This document shows positions 54,349 through 64,000 of a DNA stretch of 64,000 bases, in pieces. Under the pieces are notes generated by a model that was not told the origin of the DNA, did not search any database, and worked only from the letters and a program-made list of their open reading frames with translations. Every line of letters begins with the position of its first letter. Positions within the stretch are counted from its first letter, which is position 1. This DNA is from Candidatus Latescibacterota bacterium. GTDB lineage: Bacteria; Latescibacterota; UBA2968; UBA8231. The stretch lies in contig OZ242214.1 of NCBI GenBank assembly GCA_965206595.1, positions 5,408,001 through 5,472,000 of the forward strand, written 5' to 3'. The translations under genes were made by a program, and so were the position numbers.

Positions 54349-55194
54349 ATGAGAAGACGTTCCGCAGTTTTCGCGCTGGTTGCCGGAGCCGTCTCCGCGG
54401 CTTCATCCACCGAACCGGGGGCCGCTCTGCAGGGAGCCGCCGCCCGCGTTCTCGACGAAGGGGCGGTCTACAACATCATCGACTGGGACGGCGGATCCCT
54501 GCCGCCGATCTACGAGCGCTCCGACCAGCTGCCGATCACGCTCGAGGACGTGCGCAAACTGGTCGCCGGCAAGTTCAGCGACGCCGCCATCGTCAAGATG
54601 CTGCAGCAGCGGCGATGCGCCTGCGACGCCTCCGTCGATGCCCTGATCGAGCTCCGCGAAACAGGTGTGTCCGAGACTGTGCTGGAGGCCCTGTCGCTGC
54701 ACGCCCTGCCCCCGAACCGCTACGTCGATCTGACCATAGTCCTCGATTTCGAGGGGCTCGGCGGGGAAAAGGCGGTGTCGGCGCAGGCACGCCGGGGATA
54801 CCTCTACCTCATCGTTCCGGACGGCGGGCGGGAGCGTGTCTTTATCGGTAACTTGCAGGCGATTCTCGCCGGCAGCTGGCAGCGGGACGAGCTCGTCGAC
54901 CGCACCGATCTGCTGCTGCCGAAAAAGGTGCGCCGCGTGACCTTCACCGCGCGCGTGCCGCTCAAGAAGCACGAGACCAAGAAGGCGCTCGTGTTCGCCT
55001 CGACCAAGCCGGACATCTACACATCCACCGACATTCCGGCCGCGGATCGGAAACAGGCGATGGAATTCACCTTCGACTACCCGTCGAGCTCGCTGCAGCA
55101 GTCGTGCCGCTTGCAGGTGCTGTACCGGCAGGACGCCATGCTGTCGGACCGCTGGCACCTGCAGCGGTCGCACTTCGACTGCGAGTGGGACTGA
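54349..55194 (+). CDS. Secreted hypothetical protein
   Basis: Signal peptide; helical module ITLEDVRKL...SDAAIVKML...DASVDALIELRETGVSETVLEAL followed by a beta-rich domain. Confidence 0.75.
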   Translation: MRRRSAVFALVAGAVSAASSTEPGAALQGAAARVLDEGAVYNIIDWDGGSLPPIYERSDQLPITLEDVRKLVAGKFSDAAIVKMLQQRRCACDASVDALIELRETGVSETVLEALSLHALPPNRYVDLTIVLDFEGLGGEKAVSAQARRGYLYLIVPDGGRERVFIGNLQAILAGSWQRDELVDRTDLLLPKKVRRVTFTARVPLKKHETKKALVFASTKPDIYTSTDIPAADRKQAMEFTFDYPSSSLQQSCRLQVLYRQDAMLSDRWHLQRSHFDCEWD

Positions 55195-55214
55195 AAGACA
55201 AGAGGAGCTAACAG

Positions 55215-55820
55215 ATGAGTCGCTGGATGAAAACAGGCCTCGCCCTGGCGGGCCTTGCCGCAATGCTGTCGGCCTGCGCCGGGCCGCGCGCCTTCACCCG
55301 GGGAGAATACGGCGATCCCGAAGAGATCAGCATGCTCGACGACCGCTGGAACCAGAACGACATGCAGCTGGTCGCCAAGACCGTGATCAACTCGCTCGAG
55401 GTGTGGGAAAAGACCGCGGGAATGGAGGGCAAGCCGCTCATCATTCTGGAAAGGCCCAAGAACCGCACCAGCGAGCGTATCGACATAGGGGCGCTCTACG
55501 ATCACGTCAAAACAGCGCTGATCCAGAGCGGCCGCTTCGGGTTCCTCGACAAGGGGGCCCGGCACGAGATCGCCGAGGAGTACGAGTACCAGCAGTCGGG
55601 GTACGTCGACTCCGACGAGGCCAAAGGTCCGGGGAACCAGAAGGCCGCCGGGTTCCTGCTAGGGGGCGTGATCACCTCCAACGTGCAGCAGGTCGGGCCC
55701 AACAAGGCGGTCTACTACAAGGCGACCTTCGAGCTGACCGACATCGAGACCTCGGAGATCCTGTGGACGGATCACAAGGAAATCGTCAAGCACTTCAAGA
55801 AGAAGAGCATCGGACTGTGA
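55215..55820 (+). CDS. LpoB/CsgG-like lipoprotein (PBP-activator family)
   Basis: Lipobox LSAC; KNRTSERID, ALIQSGRF, EYEYQQSG and ELTDIETSEILW. Confidence 0.85.
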   Translation: MSRWMKTGLALAGLAAMLSACAGPRAFTRGEYGDPEEISMLDDRWNQNDMQLVAKTVINSLEVWEKTAGMEGKPLIILERPKNRTSERIDIGALYDHVKTALIQSGRFGFLDKGARHEIAEEYEYQQSGYVDSDEAKGPGNQKAAGFLLGGVITSNVQQVGPNKAVYYKATFELTDIETSEILWTDHKEIVKHFKKKSIGL

Positions 55821-55864
55821 GGGCGCCGCGACTCACGGCCTCCGTTGCCGGAAGGGGACCTACC

Positions 55865-56470
55865 ATGCAGAGGCATGTGCCATTCTCACAACGCGCCGTC
55901 CCGGCGCGCGTCCTGATCGGCCTGGCGCTGGCCTGCCTCCTGGGCGCCGGGGCTGCTTCGGCGGGGCCGGAACCGGGGCGCACCGACGGAGAAGAGGGGA
56001 GCGAATACGGCCGTGGGGGCTACCCGTACTACGGCCGCATGGGGCAGTTCTACGCCGAGGGATTCTTCGGTGCCGCCATGGTCGACATCGATCCGGAGGA
56101 CGAGGAGGCGGACGAGGTCTCCAGCACCGACCTGATGTCCGGTCTCTACCTCGGCTACAAGACCGAGGAGTGGCTGTCTTTCCAGGTCGGATACGGCCGC
56201 ATCGCCGGCGACTCGGCGACCGACCTGTTCAGCGCCGGGATGCGGAACTCCCTCGACCTGAGGCCGTTCAACTACTTCTTCTCCCTCGACGCCGAGCTCT
56301 ACTCCCCCTCCGGGGGGGACGTCAAGTTCGGCGTTGTGCCCGGGGCCGGGGCCGAGATGTTCATCGGCGACCGCGTGCAGGTGGGGCTGCGCTACCAGCG
56401 CGACTTCATCTTTGCCGACGACGACATCTCCATCAACCGCTTTTCCGCGCGGGTGCAGGTCAACTTCTGA
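55865..56470 (+). CDS. Small outer-membrane beta-barrel protein
   Basis: Signal peptide, amphipathic beta strands and C-terminal ARVQVNF (BAM-type signal). Confidence 0.75.
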   Translation: MQRHVPFSQRAVPARVLIGLALACLLGAGAASAGPEPGRTDGEEGSEYGRGGYPYYGRMGQFYAEGFFGAAMVDIDPEDEEADEVSSTDLMSGLYLGYKTEEWLSFQVGYGRIAGDSATDLFSAGMRNSLDLRPFNYFFSLDAELYSPSGGDVKFGVVPGAGAEMFIGDRVQVGLRYQRDFIFADDDISINRFSARVQVNF

Positions 56471-56491
56471 GCTGCCGGCAGGCTTCGAGAC

Positions 56492-56533
56492 AAAAAGGGG
56501 GGATCCGGAATACCGGATCCCCCCTTTCGTTTT
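56492..56533. terminator. Bidirectional intrinsic terminator
   Basis: 15-bp perfect stem AAAGGGGGGATCCGG/CCGGATCCCCCCTTT, loop AATA, with A and T tracts, between convergent genes. Confidence 0.88.
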
Positions 56534-56551
56534 GCAGCGAGGCAGGCCGGC

Positions 56552-57154
56552 TCAGCCGGCGACCATGCCGGCGAAATAGCGGTGGACTGCCCTGTCCTGG
56601 GTGAGCTCGGGATGGAAGCTCGCGGCGAGCACGTTGCCGCTGCGGGCCATGACGACCTCGCCGCGGCAATGGGCAAGGGGCGCGACTTCTGCTCCCAGGC
56701 GCAGGATCCGCGGCGCGCGGATGAAGACCATCGGCAGGTCGTGGTCGCGGCCGTTGGCGGCGAAGGTGCCGGCCGCCTCGAAGCTCTCGCGCTGGCGGCC
56801 GTAGCTGTTGCGCTCGACGGTCACGTCGATGGCGGCGAGCGATTTCTGAGCGGGGTTGACGACCTCGGCGGCGAGCAGGATGAGTCCGGCGCAGGTGCCG
56901 AACACGGGGCGACCGGAGTCGATGAAGGCGCGCAGCGGCTCCCAGAAGCCCCATGCATCCATCAGCTTGATCAGGGTCGTGCTTTCCCCGCCGGGAAGGA
57001 TCAGGCCGTCGACGGCGTCGAGCTGCGATGGCTGCTTGACGATGGCGGAATCGGCGCCGACGTCGCCGAGGGCGCATGCGTGTGCGGCGAAATCCCCCTG
57101 CAGCCCGAGGACGCCGATCGGCCCCCGGCTGCGCAGATCAGGTGCTTTCCCCAT
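56552..57154 (-). CDS. pdxT: Pyridoxal 5'-phosphate synthase glutaminase subunit
   Basis: GVLGLQGDF, LPGGESTT, FGTCAG, RNSYGRQ, FIRAP and FHPEL. Alternative GTG start at 57208. Confidence 0.95.
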   Translation of the reverse strand: MGKAPDLRSRGPIGVLGLQGDFAAHACALGDVGADSAIVKQPSQLDAVDGLILPGGESTTLIKLMDAWGFWEPLRAFIDSGRPVFGTCAGLILLAAEVVNPAQKSLAAIDVTVERNSYGRQRESFEAAGTFAANGRDHDLPMVFIRAPRILRLGAEVAPLAHCRGEVVMARSGNVLAASFHPELTQDRAVHRYFAGMVAG

Positions 57155-57201
57155 CCGGGTCGCGGCCGGTTGCAGGCCGCGGCCACCGAGGTCCGGTTCG
57201 G

Positions 57202-58107
57202 CTACCACCCGCGCGTCTGCAGCAGCTGCCCGTCTTCCAGCGAGCCGATCTCGATACCGGGCATGGCCTCGCCGAGCTCCTCCGAGACCCGCGCCAGCAC
57301 ATGCGGATCGAGGTAGTGCGTCGTCGCCTCGACGATCGCCTTGGCTCGCTTGGGCGGGTCGCTCGATTTGAAGACACCGGAGCCGACGAAGATGGACTCG
57401 GCGCCGAGCTGCATCATCAGCGACGCGTCCGCGGGGGTGGCGACGCCGCCTGCGGCGAAGTTGGGGACCGGCAGCTTGCCGTCCGCGGCGACCATACGGA
57501 CGAGCTCGTACGGCGCCCCGAGCTCCTTGGCCGCGGCCATCAGCTCCTCAGGCCCCAGGGTCGTCAGGCGGCGCATCTCGCCGACGACGGAGCGCATGTG
57601 GCGGACGGCCTCGACGATGTTGCCGGAGCCGGCCTCCCCCTTGGTGCGGATCATGGCCGCCCCCTCGCCGATGCGGCGCAGGGCTTCTCCGAGGTTGCGG
57701 GCTCCGCAGACGAAGGGGACCTCGAAGGCGAACTTGTCGACGTGGAAATACTCGTCGGCGGGGGTCAGGACCTCGCTTTCGTCGATGTAGTCGACGCCGA
57801 CCGACTGCAGCACCTGGGCTTCGGCGAAATGGCCGATGCGCACCTTGGCCATGACCGGAATCGTTACCGTCTCCATGATCTCGCGGATCTTGCGGATGCT
57901 CGCCATGCGCGCGACGCCTCCCTCCTTGCGGATATCGGCGGGGACGCGCTCCAGGGCCATCACCGATGTCGCGCCTGCGTCCTCGGCGATGCGGGCCTGG
58001 TCGGCGTTGGTGACATCCATGATGACGCCCCCCTTGAGCATTTCGGCGAGGCCCGTCTTGAGGCGGAGGGTTCCCGATGCCGGCTGTCCGTTGGTATTGC
58101 CTTCCAT
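57202..58107 (-). CDS. pdxS: Pyridoxal 5'-phosphate synthase lyase subunit
   Basis: [38 protein letters not shown] and [12 protein letters not shown]. Confidence 0.98.
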   Translation of the reverse strand: MEGNTNGQPASGTLRLKTGLAEMLKGGVIMDVTNADQARIAEDAGATSVMALERVPADIRKEGGVARMASIRKIREIMETVTIPVMAKVRIGHFAEAQVLQSVGVDYIDESEVLTPADEYFHVDKFAFEVPFVCGARNLGEALRRIGEGAAMIRTKGEAGSGNIVEAVRHMRSVVGEMRRLTTLGPEELMAAAKELGAPYELVRMVAADGKLPVPNFAAGGVATPADASLMMQLGAESIFVGSGVFKSSDPPKRAKAIVEATTHYLDPHVLARVSEELGEAMPGIEIGSLEDGQLLQTRGW

Positions 58108-58211
58108 TGCTGAAATCCCCTTAAGTGACTGCGAGAGTGTAGTTCACGACTTCCTGGAAGAACGGGCGAAGAAGGTACTCCACACCCCTGAGAGGCGCAA
58201 AATCCCGGCCG

Positions 58212-59720
58212 CTACTGCAGCTGCGGGGGATCCTCCCGCCCCCCGGTGCCGGCGGGCTTTCCGGAAGAGCGGCCGCGGGCGGTGCGCCAAAGATTGCGGC
58301 ACAGCTCCCAGGCCAGCAGCCGCATCCCGATCAGCGTGGCCGCGAGCCAGGCCAGGGCCCCTGCGGCACAGACGGTCAGTGCGTCGCCGGTTGCGAAATT
58401 GCGCACCACCACCAGGACTGCCAGAACCAGGACCGTGACTCCTGCCGGCCGCGCCAGGGAACCGATGAAGTCGGCGAAGGTCAGACCGATCAGGCGGTTC
58501 GTCAGGTGCTGCGACAGGAGGAGGAAGAGGAAAGCGGTTCCGGCGATGGCCGCGGCCGCCCAGGCGACGCCGTGGGAGACGCACAGGAAGAGCACCGGAA
58601 GCAGGACCGCGAGACTGAAGAGCGACCAGTACAGCAGCCAGTTGGACCTTCCCTTGGCGAGGAATATCGAGCCGGCCGCGGAGCCTGCCGCTTTCAACAG
58701 GGCGGCGCCGGCTAGCAGTTGCAGCGGCAGGGCTGCGGGACCGAGATCGCGTCCGTCCACCCTCCTCAGCAGCTCGAGCGCCTCGGGAGCGAAGACGAAG
58801 GTCGTCAGCAGCGGCCAGAAGAAGAGGGCGATCGACTGCATCGCGCGCAGATAGGCGCGCCGCAGCAGCGCATCGTCTTCCTGGATGGCGGAGAAGGTGG
58901 GAAAGAAGACGCGCATGACGACGGCGGATATCCGTACCAGGGGCATCAGGGTGAGCCGATGGGCGAAGCGGTAGTACCCCAACGCGGTTTCCCCGAGAAG
59001 GGGGAAGATGACGAACCCCGCGAGGTTGTGGCCGGCGTAGTTGAGGCAGCGAGAGCCGGTCAGGTTGATCCCGAAGCGCAGCAGGTCGCGGAGGGCGGCC
59101 AGTCGGAAGCGGAGCCTCGGCGTCCAGGAGCTCGCGCGCCACAATCCCGCCAGCAGAGCCAGTTCGCGCACCACGGCGCTGATAACGGCGCTCATGACAC
59201 CGTACTGGCGCAGCAGGAGGATGGCGGCCGCGGTATAGATAAGGATGGAGAACGCCTCGGCCGCGGCCATCTGACGGAAGCGGAAGTCTTTTTGCAGCCG
59301 GCCGCGAAAGACGCCTGAGACCGCGGCGAACGGCACCAGCAGAACCAGGACCCGGGTGACGCGGGCGAACTGCCCGGGGTCCGCGGCGCCGCTCAGGAGC
59401 GCCAGTTGCGGGGCCGTGGCGGCGACTGCCGCGGTCAGGGCCGCACCGGCGGCGAGGGTGGTCCAGAAGGCGGAATCGAAATGCTCTTCGGAGGCGCCGC
59501 GGTGCTGCACCAGCGCCGACCCCAGGCCCAGGTCGGCGACGAGCGCGAGAACCATCACGACAATCAGGGCGTACTCGAAGCGCCCCATCTCCTCGGTCGG
59601 GATGAAGGCGTAGAACAGCACCCCGATGAACAGCTGCAGGGCGAAGGGGCTGGCCGTCCACAACACTCCGCGCAGGGCGCGCGTCGACAGGGGTCCCTCG
59701 CGGCCGGACTCTACAGGCAC
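58212..59720 (-). CDS. Wzx/WzxC-type oligosaccharide flippase
   Basis: ALRGVLWT, DLGLGSALVQ, AFW and LGYYRFA; many TM helices. GTG 59720 overlaps the upstream stop. Confidence 0.87.
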   Translation of the reverse strand: MPVESGREGPLSTRALRGVLWTASPFALQLFIGVLFYAFIPTEEMGRFEYALIVVMVLALVADLGLGSALVQHRGASEEHFDSAFWTTLAAGAALTAAVAATAPQLALLSGAADPGQFARVTRVLVLLVPFAAVSGVFRGRLQKDFRFRQMAAAEAFSILIYTAAAILLLRQYGVMSAVISAVVRELALLAGLWRASSWTPRLRFRLAALRDLLRFGINLTGSRCLNYAGHNLAGFVIFPLLGETALGYYRFAHRLTLMPLVRISAVVMRVFFPTFSAIQEDDALLRRAYLRAMQSIALFFWPLLTTFVFAPEALELLRRVDGRDLGPAALPLQLLAGAALLKAAGSAAGSIFLAKGRSNWLLYWSLFSLAVLLPVLFLCVSHGVAWAAAAIAGTAFLFLLLSQHLTNRLIGLTFADFIGSLARPAGVTVLVLAVLVVVRNFATGDALTVCAAGALAWLAATLIGMRLLAWELCRNLWRTARGRSSGKPAGTGGREDPPQLQ

Positions 59721-60541
59721 CCGCGGGCGAATTCGATATTGCGCAACGTGTTCGACTCCCTTGGGGTCAGCCTTTCGTCGACCAGGCCGAACGCGTCGTG
59801 CAGTTCGTCCGTGTGCGTCTCGACAACGACAAAGCCGTCGTATCCGTCTCCCCTCAAGGCCCGCAGCTGGGCACCCCAGTCGATGTCGGGTCCCTCCAGC
59901 AAACCCCATGTTCCGGTCGCAGAGACGTAGTTCTTGAGGTGCACGCAGCCGACCGTGACCCCGCTGGAGTCGCGCAATTCTTCGTATTCATCCGGGTAAG
60001 GACTGGCGGAACCGGCACGGGCGGCATTCCCCGGGTCCCAGCACATGCCGAGACGATCCTCACCGACTCGGCGGATGATTCCAGCCGCCAGGCGGCCGCT
60101 ACCGCCCCAACACCCCGCCTCGTTCTCCAGCAGCAGCCGGCAGCCGGCGCGCCCGGCCGCCTCGCACATCCCGGCGAGCCGATCGACGACTTCGTCCGGC
60201 ATATGCGTGTCTCCGGCAGGGCGGAAGGCAAAACAGGAAACCCGGTCGCTACCCCAGCGCCGCGCCCACTCGCAGGCGCGCGGGAGGGTTTCGGTCATGT
60301 CCTGGTCGACGGACGGGTCGTCCAACCGGCACTTGAACATGCCCGGCGAGACGCCGGACACCGCGAGGCCGGCATCTTCGAAACGGCGCTGGAAATCCTG
60401 AAGTTCGGCATCCCCCAGGCGAGGGAAACGAACCCCATCGATAGCGCGCACCTCGACATGGGAGACGCCCCACGCCGCAGCCAGCTCCACGGCGCGAGCC
60501 GAGGAAGGGGAGATCTCGTCGGTGAATACCGATAGTTTCAT
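59711..60541 (-). CDS. Sugar phosphate isomerase/epimerase (xylose-isomerase-like TIM barrel)
   Basis: MKLSVFTDEIS, LLENE, WDPGN, VHLKN and GYDGFVVVETH. Confidence 0.88.
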   Translation of the reverse strand: MKLSVFTDEISPSSARAVELAAAWGVSHVEVRAIDGVRFPRLGDAELQDFQRRFEDAGLAVSGVSPGMFKCRLDDPSVDQDMTETLPRACEWARRWGSDRVSCFAFRPAGDTHMPDEVVDRLAGMCEAAGRAGCRLLLENEAGCWGGSGRLAAGIIRRVGEDRLGMCWDPGNAARAGSASPYPDEYEELRDSSGVTVGCVHLKNYVSATGTWGLLEGPDIDWGAQLRALRGDGYDGFVVVETHTDELHDAFGLVDERLTPRESNTLRNIEFARGCL

Positions 60542-60718
60542 GGGAAGTAGGGGCGCTTGTCGTCGGAACACGGAGATGACATGCTGAATGAGGCAGGTAT
60601 CTTAACCAGATACTTTTACAAGGTACAGAGCCCGTAGCAAAAGTCCATTGATCCGCGGACTGCTTTCACCACAGTCGACCGCGGAACAGTCCAACTTCCC
60701 CCAAACTGAAGAACCCTC

Positions 60719-61747
60719 ATGACAGAACTGATTGTCGCCGTCGCCGCCGCGGTGCTGATTTCGGCGATGTGCTCCCTGTTCGAGGCCGTGCTCTACTCGG
60801 TGCCTGTGGGGTACATCGAATCGCTGGCGAATGCCGATCGCAAGGCCGGGCGCATCCTGCGGCGCCTGCGTGGAAACGTCGACCGTCCGATCGCCGCCAT
60901 CCTGTCGCTCAACACCATCGCCAACACCGCCGGCGCCGCGGTCGCCGGCGCCGCGGCCCACAGTGTCTTCGGCGAGGCCTGGGTGGGCTATTTCTCGGCC
61001 GCATTCACTCTGGCCATCCTGATGTTCTCCGAGGTGATTCCCAAAACCGCCGGGGTGGTCTACAGCCGGCCCCTGGCCGCGGTGATCGCGGGTCCCCTTG
61101 CCCTTCTGGTGTGGCTCTTCCACCCCCTGATCTGGCTGTGCGGAATGGCGACCCGCATGGTGTCGCGAGGCCGCAAGCCGGAGCACGTGTCGGGAGAGGA
61201 GATCCTCGGCCTGGCGCGCATGGGGCAGCAGACCGGCGCCCTCGAGGCCGACCACGCCGCGGTGATCGCCAACATCCTCACCCTGCATGACAAGTCGGTG
61301 CGCGACATCATGACTCCGCGCACGGTGGTGTTCACGCTGCCTGCCTCCACCACCGTGGAGGAGGTGTGCGCGCGCGGGAGAACCCTGGACAACAGCCGCA
61401 TCCCCGTGTTCGACAAGAACGCCGACGACGTGGTGGGTATCGTGCTGGGCCGGGAGGTTCTCGCGGCAATGGTCGGAGGTTCGGGGGAAGTCCGGCTCGA
61501 GGAGATGATGCGGCCGGTCGACTTCGTCGCCGAATCGGTAACGCTCGACAGGCTGCTTCGCATTTTCATGGAACGGCGCCAGCACCTGCTGATGGTCCTC
61601 GAGGAGTTCGGCGGGCTCGCAGGACTGGTTACTCTCGAGGACGTGATCGAGGAGATCCTCGGACAGGAGATCGTCGACGAGTTCGACAAGGTGGCCGACC
61701 TGCGCGCGCTTGCCCGCAGCCGCCGCGAGCGCACCCTGGGCGGCTGA
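60719..61747 (+). CDS. CNNM/DUF21 plus CBS domain protein (hemolysin/CorC-like)
   Basis: SAMCSLFEAVL, ILSLNTIANT, FSEVIPKT, DIMTPR, SRIPV and GLVTLEDVIEEILG.EIVDE. Confidence 0.92.
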   Translation: MTELIVAVAAAVLISAMCSLFEAVLYSVPVGYIESLANADRKAGRILRRLRGNVDRPIAAILSLNTIANTAGAAVAGAAAHSVFGEAWVGYFSAAFTLAILMFSEVIPKTAGVVYSRPLAAVIAGPLALLVWLFHPLIWLCGMATRMVSRGRKPEHVSGEEILGLARMGQQTGALEADHAAVIANILTLHDKSVRDIMTPRTVVFTLPASTTVEEVCARGRTLDNSRIPVFDKNADDVVGIVLGREVLAAMVGGSGEVRLEEMMRPVDFVAESVTLDRLLRIFMERRQHLLMVLEEFGGLAGLVTLEDVIEEILGQEIVDEFDKVADLRALARSRRERTLGG

Positions 61748-61753
61748 GGCAAG

Positions 61754-61790
61754 AAAAAAGCCCCCGGAGCATCGATCCGGAGGCTTTTGT
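61754..61790. terminator. Intrinsic terminator for tRNA-Glu, probably bidirectional
   Basis: AAAAGCCCCCGGA/TCCGGAGGCTTTT stem; its single mismatch is G-U on the minus strand, which ends in a U tract. Confidence 0.8.
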
Positions 61791-61792
61791 TC

Positions 61793-61867
61793 TGGTGCTC
61801 CCACGGAGAGTCGAACTCCGGTTACAGGGATGAAAACCCTGGGTCCTGACCGCTAGACGATGGGAGC
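61793..61867 (-). tRNA. tRNA-Glu(TTC)
   Basis: GCTCCCATCGTCTAGCGGTCAGGACCCAGGG-TTTTCAT-CCCTGTAACCGGAGTTCGACTCTCCGTGGGAGCACCA; cloverleaf, TTC anticodon, encoded CCA. Confidence 0.97.
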
Positions 61868-61901
61868 AATAATCGCGGGTTTTCGATTTTCGCAGCGGCT
61901 G

Positions 61902-61930
61902 AATATAGAGGGGGGGGCCGGCAGTGGCAA
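61902..61930 (-). promoter_or_regulatory. Sigma70 promoter of tRNA-Glu
   Basis: TTGCCA-17 bp-TATATT followed by the GC-rich discriminator CAGCCGC. Confidence 0.7.
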
Positions 61931-62101
61931 CAAGCACGGAAAAGCGTGTAAGCACGGTCCTGATCTGCAGTTAGCCCGTGCCGTCCCCGACGGCCGGCGG
62001 CCGTTATCGGTGGCCGGAACCGGTATCGACCGGGGGCTCGGGTCGGCACGCCGCATCCATGGCTCCAGGCAGCCCTCCAGCTCCGATCTGCCGTCCCGAC
62101 G

Positions 62102-63529
62102 CTAGTCGAACAGCTCGACCTCCGGGTGCTGGAGGTGCCACTCGGTGGCGTCCTCGAAGGCGCGCGCCAGCCTTAGAATCCGGCCCTCTTCGTAGGGTTT
62201 GCCGATGAGCTGCAGACCCACCGGCAGTCCGCCGTGCGTCAGCCCGCACGGCAGCGACACCGCGCACAGCCCCAGCTGATTGACCGGGAGGGTATTGCGC
62301 AGGGCCATCAGGTTCACCGGGGTGTAGTTCTCGTCGGTGTCGGTCTCTTCAAGGGTGGGCGCGGCAATCGCCGTGGTCGGCGCCAGCAGGGCGTCGATAC
62401 CGTCGAGCCGCCGCAGGGCGGACCGCCGCAGCTCCTGGCGGCGCCGCTGCATGTGGAGGTAGTCGTACGCCGTCATGTCCCGTCCGGCGAGCATGCGGCC
62501 GGCAACGATCGGGTCGAAGGCTCCGGGATCGTCGTTCAGGTAGTCGCGGAAGTTGAGGTAGGTTTCGACCGAGGTCATGCGGCCCGGTTGCAGCTCGGCC
62601 AGCTCGTCGAGCTCCTCCATCGAAATCTCGTCGACGTCGACCCCCTGTTCGGCGAAGACCTGCACGCAGGCGCGCACCGCTGCTTCGACCTCGGGGTCGA
62701 CATCCTCCCAGAAGTACTCCCGCGGCAGGCAGACGCGCATGCCTCCCACGTCCCCTTCCAGTTCGTCGAAGACCGCGTCAACCGGTTGTTCCCAGGTGTC
62801 CGGGTCCGCGGGATCCGGCCCGGCCAGGACGCGGTACAGCAGTGCCGCGTCGCGCACGCAGCGGGTCATCGGCCCGACCGAATCGAGGGCGCTGTCGAGT
62901 GGGAGGGCTCCGGCGTTGCTGAGGCGGCCGAAGGTCGGCTTGAGCCCGACGATGCCGCTGAACGAGGCCGGGATGCGCACCGAGCCCCCGGTGTCGCTGC
63001 CGATAGCGGCCGGCGCCAGGTCGGCGGCAACGGCGACCCCGGAACCGCTGCTCGATCCGCCCGGAAGGCGGTGAACTTCGGCGTCCCACGGATTCCACGG
63101 GGTTCCGTAATGGTGGTTGACCCCGGTGCCGCCGAAGGCGAACTCGACCATGTGCGTCTTGCCCAGCAACACCGCCCCGGCCTCCCACAGCCTGCGGGCG
63201 CAGGTCGAGTCCCGGGCCGCCACTTTGTCCCGGAAAAGCAGCGACCCCCCTGTAGTCGGCAGTCCTGAAATATCGATCAGGTCCTTGATGGCGAGCGGGA
63301 TTCCGTGAAGGGGTCCGATGTAATGCCCGCCCCGGATCGCCGTCTCCGCGGCGCGCGCCGCGGCCAGGGCGCGGTCCGCGGTGACGCACAGGTAGGCGTT
63401 GAGCACCTCGTTGCGGGAGCCGATGCGGTCGAGGTAGTACTCGGCGATTTCGACCGGGGAGAGCTTGCCCTTCTCGACGGCAGGGGCCAGGCTGGTGATG
63501 GTCGGAAAAGGTTCGAAGGCCCGGGTCAC
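62102..63529 (-). CDS. Amidase-signature family protein
   Basis: GPLHGIPLAIKD, GGSSSGS and GSDTGGSVRIPAS (Ser-cisSer-Lys triad); GLPVGLQLIG. GTG start 63529. Confidence 0.93.
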   Translation of the reverse strand: MTRAFEPFPTITSLAPAVEKGKLSPVEIAEYYLDRIGSRNEVLNAYLCVTADRALAAARAAETAIRGGHYIGPLHGIPLAIKDLIDISGLPTTGGSLLFRDKVAARDSTCARRLWEAGAVLLGKTHMVEFAFGGTGVNHHYGTPWNPWDAEVHRLPGGSSSGSGVAVAADLAPAAIGSDTGGSVRIPASFSGIVGLKPTFGRLSNAGALPLDSALDSVGPMTRCVRDAALLYRVLAGPDPADPDTWEQPVDAVFDELEGDVGGMRVCLPREYFWEDVDPEVEAAVRACVQVFAEQGVDVDEISMEELDELAELQPGRMTSVETYLNFRDYLNDDPGAFDPIVAGRMLAGRDMTAYDYLHMQRRRQELRRSALRRLDGIDALLAPTTAIAAPTLEETDTDENYTPVNLMALRNTLPVNQLGLCAVSLPCGLTHGGLPVGLQLIGKPYEEGRILRLARAFEDATEWHLQHPEVELFD

Positions 63530-64000
63530 GTGGAAGTCCCGACGGGAAGGGGGTTCTCGAACGGCGCCAGCGAACGCAGGTAGGCGGCGCTGCGCTGCGC
63601 GGCTTCCGCGGGCCCGCGCAGTCCGGCGAAGGCCTGGTGGATGGTGACAAAGCCGTCGTAGCCGATCCCCTGCAGGGCGGCGAAAATCCCGGGAAAGTCC
63701 ATGCCGCCCGGCTCCCATACCGGGAGGTGGTCGAAGTGGACGGGGCCCCGGCACCAGGTGTCGAGCACCCCCTCCCCATGGGGGTTCTCGACGTGGTTCT
63801 GCAGGTAGACGTTGAAGATGTGGGGGGCGAACCGCTCTATGGTCTCGCGCCCGTAGTCCTGGCCGCAGGCATCGAGGTTCACCGGCTCGTAGATGATGCC
63901 GAAGTTGGGCCGACAGACCTGCCGCACCACCTCGAGCGCGCGTTCGACCTCCTCGAACAGGCTGCAGGTGTGGCACTGGTGGGCGAGGCGCATGCCGCGC
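63526..64000 (-). CDS. Sugar phosphate isomerase/epimerase (TIM barrel), 5' end off the window
   Basis: NFGIIYEPVNL, IFNVYLQN and GYDGFVTIHQA. Confidence 0.78.
   Translation of the reverse strand, partial: RGMRLAHQCHTCSLFEEVERALEVVRQVCRPNFGIIYEPVNLDACGQDYGRETIERFAPHIFNVYLQNHVENPHGEGVLDTWCRGPVHFDHLPVWEPGGMDFPGIFAALQGIGYDGFVTIHQAFAGLRGPAEAAQRSAAYLRSLAPFENPLPVGTST

Noticed and set aside
61793-61867. tRNA-Glu as an island integration site
   Set aside because: No integrase next to it, and I saw no duplicated tRNA 3' end in the window.
62102-63529. gatA
   Set aside because: No gatB/gatC neighbours and it lacks GatA-specific segments; called a generic amidase.

Overview
High-GC bacterial chromosome segment. 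The SecA LIDDARTP variant and the gene content suggest an FCB-group organism such as Latescibacterota or Gemmatimonadota; this is inference only. There are three zones. (1) 1-22 kb is mostly housekeeping: secA (runs off the left edge), nusB, a ribD-ribE-ribBA-ribH operon headed by a SpoIVB/S55 protease and a secreted beta-propeller gene, ftsY, queG, uppS-cdsA-rseP, 5-FTHF cyclo-ligase, NIPSNAP, dusB, DUF309, and a LysR gene divergent from inositol-phosphate synthase. (2) About 22-47.5 kb is an accessory region: a secreted beta-helix protein, an AbiEi/AbiEii type IV TA pair, and a sigma54 two-component system divergent from an operon of one adaptor, two ABC ATPases, five divergent MacB/FtsX-like permeases and a DUF4097 gene. 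Decayed type II TA modules follow. All lesions I found (nonsense codons, frameshifts, an IS3 insertion with adjacent deletion, a degenerate -24 box) lie in this zone. (3) 47.6-64 kb holds metabolic and envelope genes: GNAT, a disulfide oxidoreductase, TPR, TrmH, Gfo/Idh/MocA, a COG3014-unknown-LpoB-like-OMP operon, pdxST, a Wzx flippase, CNNM, tRNA-Glu and an amidase. The best leads are a ~250-nt multi-helix non-coding element between ftsY and queG, the multi-permease export array, a RibBA whose DHBP-synthase active site looks degenerate, and two uncharacterised envelope gene modules.
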